Source of the DNA: Octopus bimaculoides
Taxonomy: Eukaryota
NCBI RefSeq assembly: GCF_001194135.2
Contig: NC_068996.1
Coordinates: 55,407,224-55,471,223 of the forward strand
Length of the DNA: 64,000 bases
Reading direction: 5' to 3'
This document shows, piece after piece, positions 52,506-64,000 of this stretch (position 1 is its first letter; each line of letters begins with the position of its first letter). Below the pieces are notes generated by a model that saw nothing but the letters and a program-made list of their open reading frames with translations, had not been told where the DNA came from and did not search any database. The translations under genes were made by a program, and so were the position numbers.

Positions 52506-54415
52506 GAAGCAAAGCTATCAATTATCTCACANNNNNNNNNNTTCACTTTTTAACACTGTAAACAGGAAGTTGGTTTAGTTTCATTTTAAATGGGCTGGGA
52601 AAGGAGAGAGAGAGGAGGGGGGGGGAGAGAGGTATGAAAGAGAGGAAGAAAACACAAAGTGTATGCATGTGAGAATACAAGTGCCCACCCAATGTGAAAA
52701 CATACCCTAACACCAGGCAATATATTCAGGATGGCTTACAAAGCCCAGAGTAAAATTTACAAAAAGGATTGATTAAAAGACAGAAAATGGTTAACGCAGG
52801 GTTTGGGAAAAAATGGTCAGGAATAACTTTGAAGGATTATATGGTTACCAAGGGATTGGATAAACATTAAATATTCCAACTTTATCAATATAATGTAACT
52901 GAGTTCCTATTGTTCCTTTCCAATTTTGATCTTATTTTACTTCAATCACTGGACTGTGGCCATGCTGGGGCACCACCTTCAAGGGTTTAGTCAAACAAAT
53001 TGATCCTGGTACTTATTTTACCATTTTAAACCCAATTCTTTTTTGTTGAACTGCTAAGTTATGCAAACAGACCATAACTGATTATCAAGCATTGAGGACC
53101 ACACTCACAAATGGACAAAATCTCTTTAAATATTTCTTATTAAAAAAGAATGATGGGGAGAGGGGCCAATAAGTCATAGATGATTCTATGGGGGATGGGG
53201 TCAATAACATACATACAAATTTTGCCAATCATTTGGTTAAGGCAACAGTTCTTAAAATTCAAGATGAAACATTACAAAAGCAAGGAAACAAAAGAAAAGC
53301 CTAGATGAAGAAGCTTAGAAGTACGGAACCAAAACCACACATGAAATGGTAAGAAGATTTGCAAATTGCAAAGACATTAAAGAAAAGAAGAAACGGCTGC
53401 AGTGAGCTTTCTTTTTTTTGATAAAAAAAAATGGATCAGAAAAGATACAGAGACTCATTCAGGAAAAGAAAATTAATGAATTTGAATACAAATAGAAACA
53501 ATGCCTGTGTCACATGAATACACCTGAGCTGTCGTCACAAATATGTACATGTGCTGGTGCCACGTAAAAATGCATGTCATACTCTGCAAAGTGGTTGGTT
53601 TTAGGGAGAGAATCCAAATGTAGAAACCATGCCAAAATAAGCAAATAGAGCCTGGTACCAGCTCCTGTCAAACCATCCAACTCATGCCAGCACGGAAAAT
53701 GGATGTTAAATTATGAAAATGATGATCATGTTGGAAAGATGGATTTAAAATTTTGAAAATGCAGTGAAAAGACAAAGGATAAAAGAAAGTTTTTGAAGCA
53801 ACAGAAAAATAAATCCCAAGTCTAATTTACGTGACAATAGCCAGGTGATACAACTACCTGTTACCAGAGTGTGGCAGCCAACTAGCTTTAAGATAGCATG
53901 TTAGTGCTAACATACATATACACACATATATGCATGCATACACACTCACACAGTGTCAAAATGCTATCTTTAAGACAGCATGTTAGTCCTACACATACAT
54001 GCACACACACATATTCACACAAACATAAATACATGCATACACACACACACACACACACATACAGTGCCAAAATGCTATCTTTAAGATAACGTGTTAGTGC
54101 TACACACACTTCCAGAGCATCCGTTTGTTTGTGAGATTAAGAATCAGAAGCTGAAAGTTCCTCCCCAAAGTTTGAACATGGGAAAAGGGTTTTTCCTACA
54201 TTTTTTCTTGTCTGGAAAGTAGCCATCCCTGCAAGTCTCCGCTAACCATATTACTGATACAGGCATGGTTGTGTAATAGGAAACTTGCTTCCCAGTCACA
54301 TGATTCTGAGTTCAGTCCTGCTGTGTGGCACCTTAGGCAAGTGTTTTCTCGTATAGCCTTATGCTGACCAAAGCCTTCTGAGTAGATTTGGTAGATGGAA
54401 ATTGAAAGAAGCCTG

Positions 54416-54465
<50 letters not shown>

Positions 54466-54480
54466 CCCATCATTATCATA

Positions 54481-54858
54481 CACACACACATGTGACATGG
54501 TGAATTGGATTAGATGAAGTATTAAAGTGTTGGATTAGATACCATGTGATATCTATTCCAGCTCTTTGGGTTCTGTAACAACACTGGCACCTTACTTGTA
54601 TCAGCTGTGAAGTGGTTGGCATTTGGAAGTACAGCCAACTGTAGAAACCATGCCAAAACTGACCTTGCCTGTGCTGGTGCCACATAGAAAGCACTCAGCC
54701 CACTCTGCAGGACGGTTGGCATTTAGTTGTAAAGGCCGTGCCAAAACAAACATACAAGTCTGGTACAGTCTTCAGCCTGACAACCACCTGACAAACTGTC
54801 CAATTGATGCCAGCATGGAAAGCAGACATTAAATGATGATGATGGTGATGATGGTGAT

Positions 54859-54928
<70 letters not shown>

Positions 54929-55340
54929 TGTGTGTGTGTGTGTGTGCGTGTGTGTGTGTGTCCCCTTGTGTCTGTGTTTGTTCCCTACCACCACATGTCA
55001 ACTGGTGTTGGTGTGTTTATGTCCCTGCATCTTAGTGGGTTAGCAACAGAGACCAGCAGAATAAGAACCAAGCTCCAAAAAGAAATATGGTACTGAGGTC
55101 AATTCATTTGACTAAAAAAAAAAAAAAAATTCAAGGTGGTGCTCCAGCAGGGCCAGTCTAATGACTGAAACAAGACAGAAATAAAAGAAAATTTCCAAGC
55201 GAAAGACAATGGCTGACGCAAGTAAGGCACCAGTGTTGTTAGAGAACCCAAAGACCTGGAATAGCTATCGCATGGTATCTAATCCAACACTTTAATACCT
55301 TATCTAATCCAATCCACTATCCCACGCGTGCGCGCGTGTG
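54481..55340. repeat. Inverted repeat pair (core arms 54498-54605 and 55212-55319) enclosing SINE fragments
   Basis: The arms are reverse complements with scattered substitutions. The spacer holds a family B tail, microsatellite and a family A 3' module. Confidence 0.85.
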
Positions 55341-55846
55341 TGTGTGTGTGTGTATTCTATGTAACTGGTATTAGACTTAGGAAGGAAGCCAGTGCAGTAA
55401 TTCATGGAGATGGAAGATTCTTCAGCATGTTATTTGGTAGAAACATGTCAGACATAGATTAAAGCTGAGAGCAAAGAAAAAAAGAATCTCAGCAAAAAAT
55501 AATTGCAGCATGTTTTTGGAGTGGTTACAGCTGCATTCAGTTTGGTGCAGAGGCTGCATGGATGACAGGTGAGATGTGGAGTGGGGGTGGTATGGGGTGG
55601 GGGGTAAACACATGGCTGTGTGGGTCTAAAGAATCCAGGCATTTCCTGTCGGCATCAATGCTACTTGGTATTGCTGGTAGGAGAGATGCTGGGGGATGCA
55701 AACAGTTGTGGTCTCCAGTGAACACTTGATAGAGGGAGTGTCTAGCAGCGCAAGTTGTGTGTAATCATTTACACAAACATACACATAAAACATGGATGTT
55801 AAATGATGATAATGAATACATGTGCAGAAATATTTTTAAATACATA

Positions 55847-56268
55847 GGCGTAGGAGTGGCTGTGTGGTCAGTAGCTTGCTTACCAACCACATGGTTCCGA
55901 GTTCAGTCCCACTGCATGGCACCTTGGGCAAGTGTCTTCTACTATAGCCTCGGGCCGACCAAAGCCTTGTGAGTGGATTTGGTAGACGGAAACTGAAAGA
56001 AGCCCGTCGTATATATGTATATATATATGTGTGTGTGTGTGTGTTTTTGTCCCCCACACTGACGTTGGTGTGTTTATGTCCCCGTAACTTAGCGGTTCGG
56101 CAAAAGAGACCGATAGAATAAGTACTAGGCTTACAAAGAATAAGTCCTGGGGTCGATTTGCTCGACNNNNNNNNNNTTACAAAGAATAAGTCCTGGGGTC
56201 GATTTGCTCGACTAAAGGCGGTGCTCCAGCATGGCCGCAGTCAAATGACTGAAACAAGTAAAAGAGTA
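55847..56268 (+). mobile_element. SINE family A, young full-length copy
   Basis: CpGs are retained, it is near-identical to 5997-6410, and TACATA on both flanks is a possible TSD. Confidence 0.9.
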
Positions 56269-56714
56269 CATACATACAAATATATATAACTCACTGCTGG
56301 CATGGTTAAGAAGTTTAATTCTCAACCACATGGTTCCGGGTTCAGTCCTATTGCATGACACCTAGGGAAAATGTCTATAGACCAGGGCTGACCAAAGCTT
56401 TGTAAGAGGATTTGGTAGAAGGAAACTGAAAGGAGCCCCTCAAGTAAATATACTTGTGTGTATGAGTGTCTGTATGCATCTGTGGGTATGTGTGTGTTTT
56501 CTTGTTGCTTAAGAACAAGAAGCAGGGATCCCACCTAAGTTTTGTGCACCAAATTCTACTTGCATGGAATTGGCCAATTATATAATAAGACACGTTAACA
56601 GAAGGCGATATACAATGGGATCCAACCAAAACAGAATGACTGCCAAGTAAACTACAAATCCCACACCCTGGGTCCACTTTCCCAGAGAATGGTGAGAAAT
56701 AACCTGGAATAAAC

Positions 56715-57030
56715 ACGTGAAAAGTCATTCGAGCGAGATCATTGCCAGTGCTGCCGGACTGGCTCCTGTGCAGGTGGCACGTAAAATACACCATTTTGAA
56801 CGTGGCCGTTGGCCGTACCGCCTGACTGGCCCTTGTGCCGGTGGCACATAAAAGCACCCACTACACTCTCGGAGTGGTTGGCATTAGGAAGGGCATCCAG
56901 CTGTAGAAACTCTGCCAAATCAGATTGGAGCCTGGTGCGACCATCTAGTTCACCAGTCCTCAGTCAAATCGTCCAACCCATGCTAGCATGGAAAGTGGAC
57001 GTTAAACAATGATGATGATGATGATGATGA
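56715..57030 (+). mobile_element. SINE family B
   Basis: Two internal modules, conserved terminal domain and (GAT)n tail. Confidence 0.85.
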
Positions 57031-57613
57031 ACCACATCCAGACCAAACAATAATGCAATGTTTTCTCAATTCTTAACTGAAACCAGCTCCCTTCACCTAC
57101 ATCACATTTCACATCCTTGCTGACCCCTAATAACAGAGCCTTTGTAGTTGGAGTGGCAAGTGTACAGGGAAAGAAATAAACATATTTCTTAGCTTTGACA
57201 AAGGTCAATTTACACATGAGTATGAAGTAAAGTTGATCAAATTGGTTAAAATTTATTATTGGTATTCATTTCACTGTTAAGTCTTAGAGTTCAAACTTAG
57301 AGAGAGAGAGGGAGGGCGCATGAGAAGCAGAATAAAGGAACACAGAGATTTGTGTGTAAAAGTACTCAGTTTGTTGCAAAAGTGCATTGAGTGTCTTGTA
57401 CTAAAAATTAAGATACCATGTTCTCTAGATAATCCTTGCATAAATTAATTTTTCTGCTGGGTTTTCTAAGAAAATTCCAAGACATTTGATTTTTTTTTTT
57501 TTTTTTTACAAAAGTTTACTTTTACTTTGTCAAATCCTGCAGTGTGAAATATAGTCTGTGGGAATACTGATACCATGATGTACTTTTAGTTTTTCATTCA
57601 AGAGAAAGCTAAC

Positions 57614-57632
57614 CTTTACCCCTGAATGGTTG
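57614..57632 (-). CDS. PPP4R4: Candidate 19-nt microexon of the PPP4R4-like gene
   Basis: tttttttttctttggtaaactag|CAACCATTCAGGGGTAAAG|gttagc. Phase 2-0 joins FQ-CC to the 74-nt exon, giving P-NHSGVK|SNEE, the same spacing as human P-VRRSLK|TPEE. Confidence 0.45.
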
Positions 57633-57936
57633 CTAGTTTACCAAAGAAAAAAAAAGATCTTACTTAAATCACATCAAACAACATACAGTCTTAAAATAGT
57701 GAGACATGGGATAGTCTAAACTGAGAAACTGAGCTCAGTTTATTCCATGACTCCAGACATGATGGTCAAAGCTGGAACCCTGTGATCAAATGTCTGTTCA
57801 ATCTGTGCTGACTTAGGATTAAGACAACGATTTAGAACTTTCCAACCACAACCGAATCATCTTAAAAAGAAAAGGGACAGTTTGGCTAATGTAGTAAAAG
57901 ATATATTATATCTGAACCAGAAGGCATGTCACTCAC

Positions 57937-58001
57937 GGTTGGAACGTCTTTGATTGCAAGTCTACTGGATCAGAACTGAGCTGGCCATAAACAACTCCCA
58001 T
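57937..58001 (-). CDS. PPP4R4: Probable first coding segment of the PPP4R4-like gene (MGVVYGQLSSDPVDLQSKTFQP)
   Basis: ATG in GGAATGG context and donor CC|gtgagt. DLQ..T..P aligns with human FGYMEDLQELTIIERP, and the segment lies at the edge of the CpG-retaining zone. Confidence 0.55.
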
Positions 58002-58221
58002 TCCAGCTATCTCTTTCTATAATCAACCTGTTTACCATATTAAAGACCTGTGAGTCGTACAACCAAATTACAGGCTTCCATTTTATGGTTGAAACCAATA
58101 AATTGATAGCGTTCCCTGGGGACATCGTCCACGTCCCATTTCTTTCGAGCATTCCATCTTAAGGCAATTAATGATTATATATATATATAAACATGCACAG
58201 CACGTGTGTGCGTATACATAC

Positions 58222-58303
<82 letters not shown>

Positions 58304-58373
58304 TATATACGTGTGTGTGTGTTATAGTTATAATTTTATTATATATATATATATATTTGTATTTATTGTTTAC

Positions 58374-58600
58374 AAGTGAAAAGAGAGAAATGGTCATTTC
58401 GTTGAACGGAATTTTACTCTGAGTGGGGTCAGGTCGGGTGAGTCGAGGAAATCTCTCTCTCACACACACAAGAAAATTATAGTCACAGTTCTGTCTTGGA
58501 AATAATTAACGATACCGGAAATGAATGCCCTATTTCATTTAGATGCCATAAATAATGGTTAAATTATATTTTATTTAAAGTCACTTATTATTGCATTACA
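58374..58600 (-). promoter_or_regulatory. Candidate promoter and non-coding first exon region of the PPP4R4-like gene
   Basis: Unique CpG-containing sequence with an ETS-type ACCGGAAAT near 58514-58522. A possible minus-strand donor CTT|gtaaac at 58373 pairs with acceptor ccttaag| at 58158. Confidence 0.35.
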
Positions 58601-59015
58601 CACAATGATAACACAATTCATATACTGATACCTCTATAAAAAAATAACCGTTCTCTTGCGATATCCCCACCCCTTAATTCTTCATTGTATCTCGTATCAA
58701 AGACTAACTTATCTAATCCCAAATCTCCCACCTTCCTCTACTGCATAAGGTTTCATGAACGGGTGTGAAAACAGGGGTACAGATACAAAAGCATATATGA
58801 GCAACTGGGCACACGGTTATATAAACATACACATGCTACCCAGAAATTAATTTTAATTTTGTTTGTTTCCTAGAAAGGAAAAAAAAAAGCTAAAACAAAT
58901 TTGATGAAAAACCTGAACCGGGAGCTGGAGTTTATTTCCAGACGGATGTATATCTAAATAATGGTTCTAAAACTAATGCTAGTGCGTATATGTCAATATA
59001 TTTACACACACATAC

Positions 59016-59066
<51 letters not shown>

Positions 59067-59795
59067 ATGAATTGCCATTATATTTGTCTACCCCGACTGA
59101 GAAGCAGGTGTTGCTAATACGTTCGCATTCGGTTCCAACCGAATTCAGTTTCCCATCCGACAAGATTAAAAAAATATTCTTTCGCATATTGTATCAAATG
59201 CATTATTAAACGTTATAGATTTTTAAATACGCAACTGTTGTAAATTTTCCTAACCAAACAAGAAACAATGTAAGAAAAAGGTATTTTCTCGAAAGACAAA
59301 TAAAAAATATATATATAATGTGTGTGTGTGTATATTTGTCTATATATCTGCATGAAAGTGTGTAAAACACGCACATGCACTATAGGCGCGCGCGTGTATC
59401 TGTGACAACCTGTGTTTATAGCGTGCAACTTTCACTTTAGCAAAATACGTATATACACGCTTCTCTTTGTGTATATGTGTACGCACACAGCTTTAATAAT
59501 TGCCAAAACAGTTCAATAGGTACAGAGGCAAATAAAAAGGCATTTCGAAATCGAATTATTATTTTTGTTATTGTAGACATGTGCAAGACAGATAAAAGGT
59601 GGAAGTCACTCAAAATGAATGCAAGGAACCAGTTAGTGGCCAAAGAACCATTCCTAGTTACTTTTGAATAACAAAATAACAACAAACAAAATAACTGAGG
59701 AATTACAGTTAAAAAATAGACGTAATAAAACAGAATTACTTAATTATTCGTTTTAATTTAAAAATTTCGTTTTTTTATCTTACATGCGATAGTGC

Positions 59796-59832
<37 letters not shown>

Positions 59833-60303
59833 NNNNNNNNNNNNNNNNNNNNNNNNNNNNNNNNNNNNNNNNNNNNNNNNNNNNNNNNNNNNNNNNNNNN
59901 NNNNNNNNNNNNNNNNNNNNNNNNNNNNNNNNNNNNNNNNNNNNNNNNNNNNNNNNNNNNNNNNNNNNNNNNNNNNNNNNNNNNNNNNNNNNNNNNNNNN
60001 NNNNNNNNNNNNNNNNNNNNNNNNNNNNNNNNNNNNNNNNNNNNNNNNNNNNNNNNNNNNNNNNNNNNNNNNNNNNNNNNNNNNNNNNNNNNNNNNNNNN
60101 NNNNNNNNNNNNNNNNNNNNNNNNNNNNNNNNNNNNNNNNNNNNNNNNNNNNNNNNNNNNNNNNNNNNNNNNNNNNNNNNNNNNNNNNNNNNNNNNNNNN
60201 NNNNNNNNNNNNNNNNNNNNNNNNNNNNNNNNNNNNNNNNNNNNNNNNNNNNNNNNNNNNNNNNNNNNNNNNNNNNNNNNNNNNNNNNNNNNNNNNNNNN
60301 NNN
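59833..60303. other. Largest assembly gap (others: 16575-16584, 18663-18775, 33900-33937, 45988-46219, 50481-50490, 52532-52541, 56167-56176)
   Basis: Runs of N, mostly flanked by microsatellites. Confidence 0.98.
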
Positions 60304-61314
60304 TCTCTCTCTCTCTCTCTCTTTCTTTTTACCCTCTCTCTACCCCCCCTCTCTCTCTCCCTCTTACTATTACTGCAGCCGCTGCTACTACTTCCAACCA
60401 CCTTGCTGAAAGAACAGATCAATATATTGGATGGGTTATAGGATGATGGAGAAGGAGGAGCAGGAGAAGAAGAAGAAATTTATAAATAAGATTAAAAGAA
60501 AAACGAAAAAAAAAAGAAAAAATTATGGAATTTAAAAAAAAATTATTCCTATTAAATACAAAAACAAGTCTGCTGAAAATTCAGGAAGAATTCTAAAAGA
60601 CAAGGAAGGCGTACAGTCTTGTGTCGTGGTAGTTATTTGATACTTCTTCCGCTTTCAGCCAAAGCCGCCGTCTTGGTGGTGGTGATAATGATGATGATGG
60701 GGTGGTGGTGTTTAATTCCCCATCCCCACCGCAGACAAGTCCTGACTGGGTAGCTCAATGATCAAATGCCTTCCAGCCGTGACCATCCCAATCTTTTGAA
60801 TACACATTTGTTTAATGTGTCGTTATAAAGTATAATATGAAGGAATTTGGCTTCTCTTTCTAGCGCATAGTTCCCATTGAATGATGTTGGTCATTGATCA
60901 CTTTGATATCACCACCATCACCCCACCACCACTACTACTACTACTACTGCTGCTACCGTTATTTACCGGCGGTGATGTTTTATTGCTTGGTCACTACGGA
61001 CACCACCCAGACACTGGTTAGGATAATGACGGAGGCGGTAATATCTTCGCGATGGTCACGATTATGACGGCGATGACAACAGTGATGATAATGATGATGA
61101 TGGTCACGATGATCTGATTGCTTTGGTGGTAGCGGCGGCGGCGAATTGGTTCTGGTTGCGATGATGATGATAGTGGTGGTGGTGGTAATGGTGGTAGTGA
61201 TGGCGGTCTCTTATGCAGGACGCTAAGACTTAGAATTGTTTTATTTTACTAAAAGAGAAATGCTACTAGGTGGCAATCATGAGTGAAATGGGGGGGGGGA
61301 TCAGTAATCCCTAT

Positions 61315-61447
61315 TCAAACTAGACTTTGCCTTTCATCCTTTCGGGGTCGATAAATTAAGTACCAATGAAACACTGAGTTCGATGTAATCGAGTAGTCCC
61401 CTCCCCTCAAGTTTCAGGCCTTGTGCCTATAATAAAAAGGATTATTC
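61315..61447 (+). mobile_element. SINE family C 3' half
   Basis: GACTTTGCCTTTCATCCTTTCGGGGTCGATAAATTAAGTACC..TTTCAGGCCTTGTGCCTATAATAAAAAGG. Confidence 0.8.
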
Positions 61448-61589
61448 GGGGCCAGTGTTGCCTTTTATCCACCTGCCTTGGGGGAGGGGTGTCTGTATCG
61501 AAAACTGGCCCCCACCCTTCAAAATTACTAGTCTTGTGTTCAAGTCAGAAACCATTAATATTGTTGCATGTTTATAAATACATGAACAC

Positions 61590-61610
61590 AGACACACGTT
61601 TGTCTGTCTG

Positions 61611-61665
<55 letters not shown>

Positions 61666-61675
61666 GTCCGTCTAT

Positions 61676-61717
<42 letters not shown>

Positions 61718-61740
61718 GTCTGTCTGTCTGTCTGTCTGTA
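61590..61740. repeat. (TCTA)n/(TCTG)n microsatellite
   Basis: Directly visible. Confidence 0.95.
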
Positions 61741-61764
61741 TCAACATATATATAGTATATATAG

Positions 61765-61923
61765 ACAGGTGTGGCCGAGTGGTAAGTAGCTTGCTTACCA
61801 GCCACATGGTTCCGCGTTCAGTCCGACTGTGTGGCACCTTGGACAAGTGTCTTCTACTATAACTTTGGGCCAATGAAAGCCTTGTGAGTGGATTTGGTAG
61901 ATGAAAACTGGAAGAAGCCCATC

Positions 61924-61987
<64 letters not shown>

Positions 61988-62215
61988 ATGTGTATATGTT
62001 TGTGTGTGTGTATGTTTGTGTTTGTCCCCCTACCATCGCTTGACAATCGATGCTGGTGTGTTTACGTCCCCGTTACGTAGAGATACGGCAAAAAGGACCG
62101 ATAGAATAAATCGTAGAGTTACAAAGAATAAATCCTGGGGTTGATTTGTTCGACTAAAGATGGTGCTCCAGCATGGCTGCAGTCAAATGACTGAAACAAA
62201 TCAGAGAATAAAAGA
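61765..62215 (+). mobile_element. SINE family A full copy, CpG-retaining
   Basis: Both modules present with internal (TA)n. Confidence 0.85.
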
Positions 62216-62546
62216 ATATATATATAATATATATTTATAAATGTTCTATATTATACACAGCCTTGGTTTTTTTATCTCATTACGAAAAGTAAATTCTTAT
62301 ATATATATGTAGGGTCCGCCAAATCAGAAAGATCCTATATATATATATATATCTGTCGGTCGGTCTGTCTGCCTGCCTGCCTGCCTGCCTGTCTATAACT
62401 ATCAACACACACACATATATATATATACACACACACACACAAACACACATACATACATATTATATATAGGCCGGTCCAGTGGCCTGTTACTCTGTATTTC
62501 CGACAATGTAAAGCCCGTTCTCTACAGATGCATACACACAATATAG

Positions 62547-62595
<49 letters not shown>

Positions 62596-62872
62596 CGAGA
62601 CGAAAGAAGGCAATCATATAAAGGGCGTGGTGTACATGCGAACACACACACACACACCGCCACTCACACTGAATCACTGCTGCACTCAGACTTAACGCTA
62701 AACTCCTCTACATCAATGAACGGTGCAGATTAACAAATAGCGCCACACTAAAACATCATGCTTAGCGTGTCTCTGCCTCTCTCTCATCAGACTCTTCCTG
62801 ATGATGATATCATGTCCTTTTTCCGTTTCCATATGATTTCTCTATTAGTTAGTCAGCTGCCTTAACATTTCT

Positions 62873-62917
<45 letters not shown>

Positions 62918-63222
62918 TGTCTTCCTCACTCTGTATCTCTTTCTCACTCGCTCATTTTTTCTCTCTCTCTCTCCCTTGCTATTTATCTATGTCTATATAC
63001 CTACCTGTTTGTTTATTACACTGCTTAACTAACTTATCAAACTACATATTTTCAGGTATTTCTACCTACCTACCTACCTACCTACCTACCTACCTACCTA
63101 CCTACCTACCTACATACATACATACAGAGTTCTACCCTCATGCATGCCTGCGTGCATGTATGTATGTATTCACATACATAGAGATTGAAAAGATCCCTCA
63201 TATATATGTATATATTTATATA

Positions 63223-63425
63223 CTTTATTAAAAAGCAGCAAAAATATAACAAAAGACTGTTACTCAGAGTTTCACTTTCCCTTTCGTCGGACGGGAACGT
63301 GAAACTCTGAGTAACAGTTTTTGTGATATTTTTACTGCTTTTTAATAAAAGCATATTACTCTACCTCCGGTATTCAAGTACTATTCTTTCCCACCTTGTT
63401 TCGCATTTATGTGCTTACTCTGGTG
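63223..63425. mobile_element. Inverted PLE-type pseudo-LTR remnant carrying two opposed hammerhead ribozyme halves
   Basis: The ~60-bp arms 63223-63280 and 63294-63351 are reverse complements. Minus strand reads CCGACGA-AAGGGAAAGT-GAAA-CTCTGAG-TA-ACAG; plus strand reads ACG-GGAA-CGT-GAAA-CTCTGAG-TA-ACAG. Confidence 0.65.
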
Positions 63426-63896
63426 TATACTTATATACATAGATTTCATAGATACATACACATACTCATACGTACATAAATTGACGTCCATCCATCTGAT
63501 CATCCAGCCATCCATAGATAGAAATACACACACACACACATATGTACATGTTTACACACACACACACACACACACACATCCATCCATCCCTACATACATG
63601 TACACCACACACATACACGCTAGTCTATTTTATTACAGTTCTAAGTGCATTTCTCTCTTCATACATTCGTTTCTTTGGTAACTGGTGCTGATACAAAAAA
63701 GACCACCCTGTTTTATGCGGTGTTGCATATTTATTATAGCCAGCAGCAGCAGCAGCAATCTACTGTCAACACCTTAACTACCGTCCTGTGCACGCTTTCC
63801 ATTTCTGGTACCATTCGTACAACCTCGGTTCCATTTTTTTTTAGAAGCAACGGTTGCAACGTGTTGTCACAAAAAATGTCGTATAGGGGTGAGATT

Positions 63897-63915
63897 GCGC
63901 GCGCGCGCGCGCGCG
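63897..63915. repeat. (GC)n alternating tract with Z-DNA potential
   Basis: Nineteen nt of pure alternating G/C. Confidence 0.9.
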
Positions 63916-64000
63916 TGTGACAGTGAGAGATAGATATCTTTTTATTATAGCCACACAGGGCTAAATACAGAAAATGGACAAATTACAAAGTAGAGCTTTT

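Noticed and set aside
56120-56215. Tandem duplication inside a young SINE
   Set aside because: Identical sequence on both sides of a 10-N gap is typical of an unmerged contig overlap.
59127-59144. ATTCGGTT-CC-AACCGAAT palindrome
   Set aside because: A single 8-bp stem is expected by chance in 64 kb.
59775-60422. Long ORFs of 200+ aa, also at 18506-18942 and 45901-46288
   Set aside because: They are open only because they run through N gaps and dinucleotide repeats.

Overview
AT-rich, repeat-saturated eukaryotic DNA with eight assembly gaps. The SINE/LINE/microsatellite landscape resembles a coleoid cephalopod such as Octopus (inferred from repeat style, not a database result). The one host gene I can support is a PPP4R4-like gene (PP4 regulatory subunit 4) on the minus strand. 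It has a clear 74-nt exon at 24453-24526, a probable start-codon exon at 57937-58001, and a candidate 19-nt microexon at 57614-57632 that joins the two in frame. I could not find the next downstream exon in the window. Most of 1-57.9 kb is therefore intron, filled with a decayed Ty3/Gypsy element, three Penelope-like (PLE) fragments of two types, RTE-type LINE fragments, R4/Dong-like 3' ends, several tRNA-derived SINE families, fold-back elements and microsatellites. The most unusual structures are a ~1.7-kb higher-order array of a 25-nt module inside a LINE 3' UTR, an inverted pair of hammerhead-ribozyme halves at 63.2-63.4 kb plus three decayed hammerhead-like remnants, several long inverted repeats in the intron, and an unexplained CpG-rich island at 48.2-48.5 kb. 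There are no prokaryotic features or CRISPR arrays. Most ORFs in the track are microsatellite or repeat artefacts. Boundaries of decayed repeats are approximate.
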